Notes under the pieces: model-generated
The model's database searches: none
The model's input: the letters and a program-made list of their open reading frames with translations, nothing else
What the model was told of the DNA's origin: nothing
Translations under genes and position numbers: made by a program
Part shown: positions 18,750 to 28,888 of the stretch, piece by piece
Layout: each line of letters opens with the position of its first letter
How positions within the stretch are numbered: the stretch's first letter is position 1
Assembly: GCA_963674735.2 (NCBI GenBank)
Contig: CAXXQS010000002.1
Span: forward strand, 1,984,001-2,048,000
Length of the DNA stretch: 64,000 bases
DNA from: Myxococcota bacterium
GTDB taxonomy: Bacteria > Myxococcota_A > SURF-8
Reading direction: 5' to 3'

Positions 18750-21386
18750 ATGATGCGGACGTCTGTTCCCGTTATCGCAATCGTATTGTCGGTTCTGGTC
18801 GGTTGGAATTTGTTGGCTGTGCCAACAGCGCAGGCGGGACAAACCGTCGCCGCCAAATTGGACCCGTCCGTGTTGACACGTTTCGATGCAGAGGGAAAAG
18901 TCCGGGTGGTGGTTCGTTTCGCCGATGCCGTGCGGTCGTCGGTCACGCCCGCCGGTCCTTTCCAGGAACGCCGGGGAGTGGCGAAAACCGCCGCTCAACG
19001 AGCCGAACTCGCGGCGCTCCAAGCGCGTTTGGTTGCCGATTTGTCGACCCGCGGCCCCCTGGCCGTCCATCATCGTTTCACCCGTTACCCCATGCTGGCG
19101 CTCACGATCGATCGAACGCAACTGGGCGTATTGATGGACGATCCCAAGGTGCTACGCATCCTTCCCGATCATCTGCTGGTGCCGCATCTGGCCAGCTCGC
19201 TGCCCTTTTTGGGAGCGGCTGAAATGCACGATCAGGGTATTCGCGGGGCGGGAACGGCGGTCGCCATTCTCGATACGCCGGTTCATTATTGGAAATCCGA
19301 TTTCGGAAGCTGTTCGGAACCGGGGGTGGAGGGTTGTGCGGTCAAGGTTTGGATGAATTTCGCCGGGCAAGACATCGACGAGGTGGCCGACCGGACCACC
19401 CATGGCACCAACGTGGCGGGGATTTCGCTGGGTGTCGCTCCCGAAACCGATATTTTAGCGCTCAATGTCTTCGAATATATTGAGGGAATGGGCTTTCGCG
19501 CCTATAGCTCTACCACCGCCGCCGCGCTTGAATGGGTGGCCGAAAACGCCACAACCTACAACATCGTGGCGGCCAATATGTCGCTTGGTTCCGATCGCGA
19601 AGACCCCGCTCCCTGCAATGGCGACTCGGTCTATCTCGACCCGATTTTGGATCTATGGCACGAGCACGGCGTTTTAGTGAGTATCTCGTCGGGTAACGAG
19701 AATCGGGATAACTCGGTGGGAAGTCCGGCCTGCATTTCCATGGGCGTCGCTACCGGCGCGCAGTTCGATGAGGACGTCTCGATGATCATGGGGATGGGCT
19801 GTTCGCAGCCCTATCCCGTCTACGGCGAAGTCACCTGTTTTTCCAACATGAATGGCATGCTTGATTTCATTGCTCCCGGCATCTGGGTGGATGCGGGAGG
19901 ACTCGACAACTTCGGCGGAACTTCCATGGCTGCGCCGCATGTGGCGGGAGCGGTGGCGCTGTTTCAGTCGGGTTGGCTGGCGGGCGAAGGGGCGTTTCGC
20001 AGTGCTCCCTGGGCGTTGGCTTCCATGCAAATGACCGCGACACCCAATTATTACGAGGGCTGGTCGTTTATGGAATTGAATTTACGGCAGAGTGGGCAAC
20101 CCGATTGGGATCGCGGCTGGCATTTCAGCGCCTACGATGGCGAAGATGAAGCGGCGGAGATTCCCCTGGGGGATGATTCCCTCACCTTGGATGCGACGAT
20201 CGAAGGGCTCGGCGGAACGGCCAACGGTGTCTATCTGAAACTGGAAGTCATTCACAACAACCCCCAGAATGTGACTGCCACCCTGACCGCTCCTTCGGGT
20301 GCGCAAGCGTCCGTGACTTTGCCGAACGGTTTCTCGAATTTCAATGGCGTGATCGGTCGGCACTGGTTTCCGGGGGCCTTCGCGGCTTTGGCCGACAGTC
20401 CGGTCGATGGCCAGTGGCAGCTCGAACTCTCCGATGGTCGCAACGCCGCCACGGCGGGTGAAGAAATCGGCTACTACCTCAATGCCACCCTGTTTTTCAC
20501 CACGGATGACTGCGTGCCGTCATGTGAGGGGCGCGATTGCGGCGATGACCGCTGCGGTGGCCTATGCGGCGAATGCGCGGATGGCCGTCACTGTAACTTC
20601 CGCACGGGCGCCTGCGTGTTGGAAGGCGAATACTGCCCGGGTGACAGTTGCGCGGGGGCGGTGGAACTGCCGGTCCCGGCCTCGGACACCTTTACCGGCG
20701 ACACCAGTCTCTGTGCTTACGACGATGCGGGAGACTGCGGTGGCGATTACACCCCGGAGCAGGTTTTCACCTTTACCTTCGAGCGTCCGGGCTACATCGC
20801 CGCCACCAGCACCGGTTACGACACCCTGTTGTATCTGCGCCGCGATACTTGCGACGGCGAGGAGGTGGCCTGCAACAACAACCACGACGACGTGGCCGAT
20901 CGGGGTTCGCGCATCGAAACCGAGTTGGAAACGGGAACCTACTATCTTTTCGTAGACGGCGGCATTCAGTCCGGGCCGTTCGACCTGCAATTCGAGGCTT
21001 GCATGCCTGATTGCGACGGTCGCGACTGCGGTGATGACGGTTGTGGCGGTAATTGCGGCGACTGCGGCGATGACGGAACCTGCGGCGATGACGGGCAATG
21101 TTGCGTGCCGGATTGCGAAGATCGTGATTGCGGCGACGACGGCTGCGGCGGCCTATGCGGCGAATGCGCCGATGGCGTCGATTGCGTGGAAGGTCTTTGC
21201 GCTGAAGAAGACCCGGATGGGGATAGCGATTCGGCCGATGCTAACGAGGATGGAGACGCCGAAGCATCCCTATCGGACGGTGATGACACCACCGATGATG
21301 GCGGCTGCCGTCATGCCGGATCGTCTGCCTGGTGGGGTTGCTTGTTCCTGCTTCCCTTGCTGATCATCCGGCGACGCCTGGTCTAG
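18750..21386 (+). CDS. S8 subtilase with P-domain, Cys-rich repeats, PPC-like domain and MYXO-CTERM-like anchor
   Basis: Triad motifs ILDT, HGTNVAG, GTSMAAPHVAG; three CxPxCxxRDCGDDxCGGxCGxC repeats; C-terminal GGC + hydrophobic stretch + RRR. Confidence 0.88.
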   Translation: MMRTSVPVIAIVLSVLVGWNLLAVPTAQAGQTVAAKLDPSVLTRFDAEGKVRVVVRFADAVRSSVTPAGPFQERRGVAKTAAQRAELAALQARLVADLSTRGPLAVHHRFTRYPMLALTIDRTQLGVLMDDPKVLRILPDHLLVPHLASSLPFLGAAEMHDQGIRGAGTAVAILDTPVHYWKSDFGSCSEPGVEGCAVKVWMNFAGQDIDEVADRTTHGTNVAGISLGVAPETDILALNVFEYIEGMGFRAYSSTTAAALEWVAENATTYNIVAANMSLGSDREDPAPCNGDSVYLDPILDLWHEHGVLVSISSGNENRDNSVGSPACISMGVATGAQFDEDVSMIMGMGCSQPYPVYGEVTCFSNMNGMLDFIAPGIWVDAGGLDNFGGTSMAAPHVAGAVALFQSGWLAGEGAFRSAPWALASMQMTATPNYYEGWSFMELNLRQSGQPDWDRGWHFSAYDGEDEAAEIPLGDDSLTLDATIEGLGGTANGVYLKLEVIHNNPQNVTATLTAPSGAQASVTLPNGFSNFNGVIGRHWFPGAFAALADSPVDGQWQLELSDGRNAATAGEEIGYYLNATLFFTTDDCVPSCEGRDCGDDRCGGLCGECADGRHCNFRTGACVLEGEYCPGDSCAGAVELPVPASDTFTGDTSLCAYDDAGDCGGDYTPEQVFTFTFERPGYIAATSTGYDTLLYLRRDTCDGEEVACNNNHDDVADRGSRIETELETGTYYLFVDGGIQSGPFDLQFEACMPDCDGRDCGDDGCGGNCGDCGDDGTCGDDGQCCVPDCEDRDCGDDGCGGLCGECADGVDCVEGLCAEEDPDGDSDSADANEDGDAEASLSDGDDTTDDGGCRHAGSSAWWGCLFLLPLLIIRRRLV

Positions 21387-21390
21387 CGAA

Positions 21391-21416
21391 AACGCCCCGT
21401 CCATCGACGGGGCGTT
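21391..21416. terminator. Intrinsic terminator between convergent genes
   Basis: Perfect 11-bp stem AACGCCCCGTC-catc-GACGGGGCGTT with a T-tract on the minus strand. Confidence 0.75.
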
Positions 21417-21440
21417 GAAGGTGAGAATGGGTGGAATCGG

Positions 21441-22516
<1,076 letters not shown>

Positions 22517-22517
<1 letters not shown>

Positions 22518-23998
22518 CAGGCTCTCCTTTCCATGTTTTGAACCAGCGTTCCCAGTCGTTCCAAACCTTCCTCGATCTGCTCGGGCGGGTTGGAGGCGAA
22601 ATTCAAACGCATGCAGTTTTTACCATGACGGTCGGCAAAGAAAAAGGTTCCAGGCGAAAATAATATACCATTCTTTTTAGCCTGGACCTGTAAATCCATG
22701 ACATCCAAGTGGTCCGGCAGGACAACCCAGAGGTGTAATCCGCCTTTCGGTTCGGTAAAACGTACCGAGGCGGGGAAATGCGTCGCGAGGGTCCGTACCA
22801 TGGCGTCTTTGCGTTTTCGGTAGGCGCGTCGCACGCGTCGCAGGTGTCGGGCATAGCTGCCCGAACGCAAAAAGTCATCCGCCAGCAGTTGCGATAAGGA
22901 GGGCGAGCTGACGTCGTGAATTTCTTTCATGCGCCTCAACCGCACCGCCAGATCCTGGCGCGCCACTAAAAAACCGACCCGCAACCCCGGGGAAATCGAC
23001 TTCGAAAACGAGCCGATGTAAATCACGTGGCCGGAATCGGGCATGGCTTTGATCGGTGGGATGATTTTACCGGTGAAACGCAAATCGCCATAGGTGTCGT
23101 CTTCCAGTACTGTTACGCCGTAGCGGCGCGTCAGGTCGAGAATGCGCCGCCGGCGGATTTCCGTGAGGGTGATGCCGGTCGGGTTCTGGAAATTCGGCAC
23201 GGTGTATAGCAGGCGGAAGCGCGAACGGCGGAGCTTGGTTTCCAAACGGTCGAGATCGAGACCCCGGCTATCGAGCGGAACCGTTTCCATCTGGATACCC
23301 AGCATACGACAGGCCGAAATAACCCCCATGTAAGCGGGGCTTTCCACCAAAACCGATTCGCCGGGCCGTACCAGAACCTGCAAGGCCAAGGTGATGGCTT
23401 GTTGTGCCCCGCTGGTTACGAGGAGTTGGTCGTGTCGTTGCAACACCAGGCCGCGTCCTTCAAGCCAGTCTGTCAGGGAACCGACCAATGGGTCGTAGCC
23501 GCGTGTCCGCGAATAGCCCAGCGCGCCCCCACCTTTTTCTCCCAGAATGGCTGCCAGACGTCGCCGGATTTGAGCGACCGGGATAAAATCTCGCGGGGGG
23601 AAGGCCGCCGCAAAAGAAATGTAGTCGGATGAGGCCGCCGTGTCGACCGTTTCCATAATGCTGTCGGCCACTTCTTCGGGCGCCGGGCCGAATGGAGAGC
23701 CTTCGAAGAAGCGTTGCTCTTCGGCCGGACCGAAATCCATCGCTTTGTCGGCTTGGGGGAGTGGATCGGCCACAAACATGCCTTTACCACGAACGGTGAT
23801 CAGCCAGCCGCTTTGTTTGAGAGAGTCGATGGCTTTAAGCAGAGTCAGTTTGTTGACTCCGGCTTCCTGCGCCATTTGTCGCAACGAGGGTAGAGCCGTG
23901 CCAGGTTCGAATTCGCCGTTGAGGATCGATTCGCGGATCGCTCTGCGCATCTGAAGGTGAAGAGGGGTGGACAGGTTTCGGTCGACAACCAGTAGCAT
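22517..23998 (-). CDS. MocR/GabR-family PLP-dependent GntR regulator
   Basis: N-terminal wHTH (LPSLRQMA...GKGMFV); aminotransferase domain (TSGAQQA, PNFQNPTG, GSFSKSISPGLRVG); GGAGG RBS before ATG 23998. Confidence 0.92.
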
Positions 23999-24098
23999 CG
24001 GAACCTCCAAACGCGAGTTTAGCGGTATTTGAGGATCGATACCAGTGTTTTTTATAGGATTATCGCAATCCGGGATAAACCGGTTTGGATTGGGGAGG

Positions 24099-24878
24099 CT
24101 ATTTCTTCTGAACTTTTCCGGTCATGGGGACGAAGCGGACGGGAAAAATGGATCGTCGCTCGATTCCGCCGTTTTCACCTTTTCGAATAACCAGCAGTTC
24201 CTGTTGCCAATCTCCGACCGGGATGACCATCCGTCCCCCCGGCTTGAGCTGATCGAAAATGGGTTGTGGTATCTCAGTGGGGGCGGCTGTCACAATGATG
24301 GCGTCGAAAGGGGCCGCTTCCGGCCATCCGTGATAGCCGTCGCCGCAACGGACGTGTAGCCGACGATAGTTCATTTTTTCAAGCCGCTTTTTAGCTCGGT
24401 TGCATAAGGGTTGCGAAATTTCGATGCTGTAAACATCCTTGGCCAGCTCTGCCAGGATTGCCGCTTGATATCCGGAACCGGTACCTATTTCCAATACTTT
24501 TTCCGTGCCTTTCAGATTCAGAAGTTCACTCATTTTCGCCACGATATAGGGTTGGGAAATGGTTTGGCCGTAACCGATGCGAAGGGGTCGGTCTTCGTAG
24601 GCTTGCGATTGCGACTCGAATGGGACGAAGCAGTGGCGTTCCACTTTGCGCATGGCGGCCAACACGCGTGCATCGGTCACGTCGCGGGCGACGATTTGAG
24701 TTTCCACCATTCGCAGGCGAGCGGCCTCCATGGTGTCGTCCTTTCCGCTGGGGTTGGCGGGATCGGCCCATAACCGTCCCAACCAAAGAGGGAATAGAAT
24801 CAGAATCAACAATGCCCAAGTCGTGGTCCGTTCGGCGGATGGCAACCGAGATCGTGCTTTGTGTTCAGGTCCAGGCAT
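24099..24878 (-). CDS. pcm: Protein-L-isoaspartate O-methyltransferase with N-terminal hydrophobic extension
   Basis: GQTISQPY, VLEIGTGSGYQAA, GDGYHGWPEAAPFDAIIVTAA, VRFVPM. Confidence 0.95.
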   Translation of the reverse strand: MPGPEHKARSRLPSAERTTTWALLILILFPLWLGRLWADPANPSGKDDTMEAARLRMVETQIVARDVTDARVLAAMRKVERHCFVPFESQSQAYEDRPLRIGYGQTISQPYIVAKMSELLNLKGTEKVLEIGTGSGYQAAILAELAKDVYSIEISQPLCNRAKKRLEKMNYRRLHVRCGDGYHGWPEAAPFDAIIVTAAPTEIPQPIFDQLKPGGRMVIPVGDWQQELLVIRKGENGGIERRSIFPVRFVPMTGKVQKK

Positions 24879-25013
24879 GACAGCCTCTACCTTCGATGGT
24901 GTCTTGGTCTCCCTTTCATCATTACGGGCACGGCTTTGCTTGTCAAGGTGTCGCTTTGCCTAATATGGAAAGAGGGTGTGGCATCGTAATTTTATTTCAA
25001 TATCAAGAAGCAC

Positions 25014-25042
25014 TTGCGAGCCTTGGAGGGTTTCACTATAAT
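25014..25042 (+). promoter_or_regulatory. Sigma-70-type promoter
   Basis: TTGCGA-N17-TATAAT. Confidence 0.55.
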
Positions 25043-25088
25043 CGGACCCGCCTTGTGGAGACCAACTTAAGCTATCGAAGGAGCGATC

Positions 25089-26012
25089 ATGTTTTTTCCC
25101 AAAGCCGCGGCTGGCTTTTTTTGCCTGATCATCATTCTCAGCCTATCCACGTTCGTGCAAGCTCAGGACAAAGGGGCTGATGCGAAACCCGAGTTAAACA
25201 AGGGGTTTACTGTCGCACTTACGTCCGTTAAGGCTTCGGGGCGAGGTTTTGAAAAGCTGTCGGATTCCGTGAAAGCCTTTTTCACCCGTGATTCCCGATA
25301 TACCGTGGTGTCTGGTTTGGGAGAAGGTGTGACCCATACCTTGGCTATTGAGATTGTGCGTGCTAAAGGGAAACAACAGCTCAAGCTGAAAGGGGCGCTG
25401 GTCAATGGCGCTGAGGCCGAATATGTGGGTGAATTGTCCAAACGCCCGTCTTTAGCGGAAGTCGAGGCCGAATTATCGCGTGGACTGCGTGAGTTGTTCG
25501 ATTACCAACCCGCCCCTCGCAAGATCATGCTGCGTATTGTGGGGACGGCGGAAGAAGGCGACGCCGACGGCGGCAGTGTTGAAGACGCCATTTTTACTGC
25601 GATTTCCTCGGAGTTCGAACAGGTTTTGGCCGATCCGTACAAATTGCCGGTCAAAGATAAAGATGTCCCCGCCCTTTACAAAGGGGATAAGAAGAAACTC
25701 GCTATCCTCAAGAAGGACGCCGCTTGCGATTTGTTGGTGGTGGGAACGGTGCATATGCCGGCGACAAAGAATGTCGGGGGTGCACAGGATAACCGCTATC
25801 GCGGGAAAGCGGAAGTTCGCTTGCGGGTATGGGATCTTGCCCGGCACATGGTGCTCTCGGAAGTCAAGATGGATCTCAATGGCGAGGGCATTTTCTCCGA
25901 GCTTTTATATAGTCTGTTCGATGCCGCTTCGGTGCAATCAACCGAACAAATCAAAAAAGACTTGGGTTTTCCTGTCGTGGCAGCCGATGCGGGGGCACGT
26001 GACGAAGAGTAA
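25089..26012 (+). CDS. Exported hypothetical protein
   Basis: Signal peptide ending VQA; AAGGAG RBS; no family recognised. Confidence 0.7.
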   Translation: MFFPKAAAGFFCLIIILSLSTFVQAQDKGADAKPELNKGFTVALTSVKASGRGFEKLSDSVKAFFTRDSRYTVVSGLGEGVTHTLAIEIVRAKGKQQLKLKGALVNGAEAEYVGELSKRPSLAEVEAELSRGLRELFDYQPAPRKIMLRIVGTAEEGDADGGSVEDAIFTAISSEFEQVLADPYKLPVKDKDVPALYKGDKKKLAILKKDAACDLLVVGTVHMPATKNVGGAQDNRYRGKAEVRLRVWDLARHMVLSEVKMDLNGEGIFSELLYSLFDAASVQSTEQIKKDLGFPVVAADAGARDEE

Positions 26013-26114
26013 CACCGATAGGTTTGTGAGGCTGAAAACGACCGAGCGACTCTGGGTTTCGGTTGAGACTCCTGTGATTGATCACTTCGGTTTGTTTGGG
26101 AGTGGGAGGGATCG

Positions 26115-26975
26115 ATGCTGACCCAGTGTCCGCATTGCGAAAAGGCGATTGTGGTGCCCGAGCCGGGTATCCATTCCTGCCCCAAATGTAGAGCGCGTAT
26201 CTGGGTTTATCCGGCCGATAGCGACAAAGCCGATCGTGTATTGATCAGTCCGGAGGTGATGGAAGCGCAACAGCGCGACCAGCGCGGGCGTCCACGGGAT
26301 CCCGACTTGGCCGAAATGGTTCGAAGCGACCAGTTGACCGCTCCATGGGAGGAACGTCGCGTGCGGGGTGGGTGGTCCGCCTTTAAATCTACCTGGAAGG
26401 CCAGCACGTTTGCCCCCAGTATGTTTTTCAGCAAACTCAAGACCGATCCCCCCGCTCGCGGAGTGCTCAGTTATGGCTGGCTGATTTTAACAGTCGGCTA
26501 TCTTCTTTGGGGAATGTACCGTCTCTATTTTCTTCCGATGATTATAGAGGCTTCACGTGAATCCGCTCACGCAGTGGCGGAACTGCCGCCGCTTGAAGAT
26601 ATGCGGTTGATCACCATGGGTGTGATGCTGTTATCGCCCCTGACAGCCTTGGTCAGCCTCTATGTCAATGCCGGTCTTTTTCATTTGATTCTTCGTCTGA
26701 TCGGTGCGGCGAAAACCGAATTTTCGGGGACTTTCCGTGTGGTGGTTTACGCCACTTCTCCCATGTTATTCATGGCGTTCCCACTTTTCGGTGATTTTGC
26801 GGCGTTTGTCTGGAGTATGGTGGTGAGTGTGATCGGCCTCTCACGCATTCATGGCATTTCTTCGGCAAAAAGCATGTTGGTGGTTTTCTTTCCTCCACTG
26901 GCGTTCTATGTTCTGCTTCTTTTAGGCGCACGGGCCGTGGAAAGTCTTTCCATTGCCCCCTTCGTTTTACCGTAA
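26115..26975 (+). CDS. Zinc-ribbon + YIP1-family membrane protein
   Basis: CPHC..CPKC; PWE motif; about 5 TM segments with TFRVVVYA and GLSRIHG. Confidence 0.8.
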   Translation: MLTQCPHCEKAIVVPEPGIHSCPKCRARIWVYPADSDKADRVLISPEVMEAQQRDQRGRPRDPDLAEMVRSDQLTAPWEERRVRGGWSAFKSTWKASTFAPSMFFSKLKTDPPARGVLSYGWLILTVGYLLWGMYRLYFLPMIIEASRESAHAVAELPPLEDMRLITMGVMLLSPLTALVSLYVNAGLFHLILRLIGAAKTEFSGTFRVVVYATSPMLFMAFPLFGDFAAFVWSMVVSVIGLSRIHGISSAKSMLVVFFPPLAFYVLLLLGARAVESLSIAPFVLP

Positions 26976-26992
26976 ATCGATTTGGTAGACGG

Positions 26993-28606
26993 TCAGTCGT
27001 CCATCATTTCACGTGCTGTGGCGGCGGCTTGTTCGTGCGGCCAACGCTCGATCAGGAAGTTGCGCCATTGGCGGGCTCGGTTGACTTTATTGAGTTGGGT
27101 CAGATAAACCGTCATCAATTCCAAAATAAGATTGGGCGTGTTGGGATGATCCAAGTGCGCGCGCACCGTGATCTCCAGAAGGATTACCGCTTTGGGAAGC
27201 GAACTGTTTTTGCGTAACAATTTCATGGCGATGCCATACAGAACGAGCGGATCGAAATCGCGGGCCAATGCATCGTTGGCCGTAATGGCATCGGTGGCTT
27301 CCTCCAAGCGGCGCTCGTGTATCAGGCGGCTTACATCGTCAAATGTCATGGTCATTTCGTTCGCGGTTGAGGTTTCGCCGGTTTGTTCGGCTTGATCTTG
27401 CCCCAGGTCTTTTAACAATTCCTTTGTGACCGGATGGGCCGGGTATTGATTCTTCAGGCGCTTGACCCATTTCTGGGTTTCCAGCGCTTCGACTCCGCGC
27501 GCGACGCTCAGCAGGCGGATCATGCGGCCCATGAAATCCGGCAAATGCCGATTGGTAGGATCGATATGGCGTAATTCTTCGACCAAACCGACGGACTGAG
27601 CCGGATCGCCTACGGTTATTCTGTCTTCAGCCAAACGTGCCAAGAGTACCGAGCCCAGGTCGAAATGACCGTAGGTCTTGCTCATCAATTCATAGAATTC
27701 GTAAGCAATAGGCTCGTTTTTCTGGTCGATCAGCATCTGAATTGCGTGACGGCTTTCGTAAGTCGCGCTGGTTTTGTCGTCTCGACCGATGTGGAGTTTC
27801 ACCAGTTCAAGGCGTAATCCGTAATCGTTGGGACGCTTCTGGATCAACCGCTTCAAAGCCTTGAGATCGAGATCCATTTCGGATGTGCCGAGTTCCGTTG
27901 GGGACAGGGATATTTCCGAGATCTTCTCTGTTTCGATCTCATATCGTGAAGTGACCATCTCCGAGGAGTTGTCTGAATTAAGCTGTATCTCCCTGGACTT
28001 CTTCGATGATTTCGTTTTATTCGGCGATACTTTGCGATCCGAGTTGGATTCCGATTTCGTCGTTCTCATGCCGATGGCCCACGACAAGAAACCCAAAAGC
28101 AGGCCTATGGCGGCACCGCCGAGGTGGAAAACGACATGCGTTGTGCTGTAGCCATCGACTTGGGCGAAGAAAAACTGGCTTAGTATCCACAAGAAGATAA
28201 GACCGAAACGCGTGGGCTGGTTATAGGCGATAACGAGGTAACAAAAGGCCAGAGAACTGATGGCGGCGGAAGGACCGACCAGAGGCGGGCTCATTTCGTC
28301 GGCGAATTGCAGCCATAAAAGAGCGCCACCCGCTGCACCCGCCACCAATACCATCAACGTGTACAGCGGCCCCAGACGTCGTTCGACGCCGTAGCCGAAC
28401 ACAGCCAGGAAGACCAATGAAACGATGGCTTGCAGGATGCTGGCATGCACCATGAAATGTCCGACCAAGCGCCAGCCTGTCAGGAAATCAAGCGATAAGG
28501 CCAGGTCGTCCAGATCCAGCTCTTGCCGGACCTGCATCACCAATAGAATGACTATTGCGAGAATGAAAAGCCAGGTAACAATCGTGGCTCGCCGGATGGT
28601 TTCCAA
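26993..28606 (-). CDS. Rhomboid-family intramembrane serine protease with large C-terminal helical (TPR-like) domain
   Basis: WR motif, FG..VERRLG, LVGPSAA (GxS) and FHLGG; TTG start with AGGGG RBS. Confidence 0.75.
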   Translation of the reverse strand: METIRRATIVTWLFILAIVILLVMQVRQELDLDDLALSLDFLTGWRLVGHFMVHASILQAIVSLVFLAVFGYGVERRLGPLYTLMVLVAGAAGGALLWLQFADEMSPPLVGPSAAISSLAFCYLVIAYNQPTRFGLIFLWILSQFFFAQVDGYSTTHVVFHLGGAAIGLLLGFLSWAIGMRTTKSESNSDRKVSPNKTKSSKKSREIQLNSDNSSEMVTSRYEIETEKISEISLSPTELGTSEMDLDLKALKRLIQKRPNDYGLRLELVKLHIGRDDKTSATYESRHAIQMLIDQKNEPIAYEFYELMSKTYGHFDLGSVLLARLAEDRITVGDPAQSVGLVEELRHIDPTNRHLPDFMGRMIRLLSVARGVEALETQKWVKRLKNQYPAHPVTKELLKDLGQDQAEQTGETSTANEMTMTFDDVSRLIHERRLEEATDAITANDALARDFDPLVLYGIAMKLLRKNSSLPKAVILLEITVRAHLDHPNTPNLILELMTVYLTQLNKVNRARQWRNFLIERWPHEQAAATAREMMDD

Positions 28607-28665
28607 GCGTATCCCCTATCTGTCTGATACTGCCTTTGATGATTTTCGTTCTTCACGAATGCTAA

Positions 28666-28695
28666 ATTATTGATTGGTTTAACCAATTCTGTCAA
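28666..28695 (-). promoter_or_regulatory. Sigma-70 promoter containing a FadR/PdhR-type operator palindrome
   Basis: Minus strand TTGACA-N18-AATAAT, with AATTGGTTAAACCAATC in the spacer. Confidence 0.6.
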
Positions 28696-28888
28696 GCGAC
28701 ATCTGGATTTTTACATGCATTCGGCTTTGGTAGATCATCTGCTTGGGAGGGATATTTTGCATTTTCACGCACCCTCACCATGCATCAATCTCTGCCTTTG
28801 CGAGAGAGTTTCTCGGTTTAGGCCAAGATGCAACGAGGATGGTCGTCGGGATGAAACCATTTTCGGCTCTGCTCTTGCAGTTAGGTGG

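Noticed and set aside
24926-24942. Sigma-54 promoter GGCACGGCTTTGC
   Set aside because: GG-to-GC spacing is one base short of the strict requirement; the region fits a minus-strand sigma-70 promoter for pcm better.
26993-28606. Rhomboid as the sortase for the S8 C-terminal tail
   Set aside because: Rhombosortases process GlyGly-CTERM; this tail has GGC (MYXO-CTERM-like), and nothing links the two genes.
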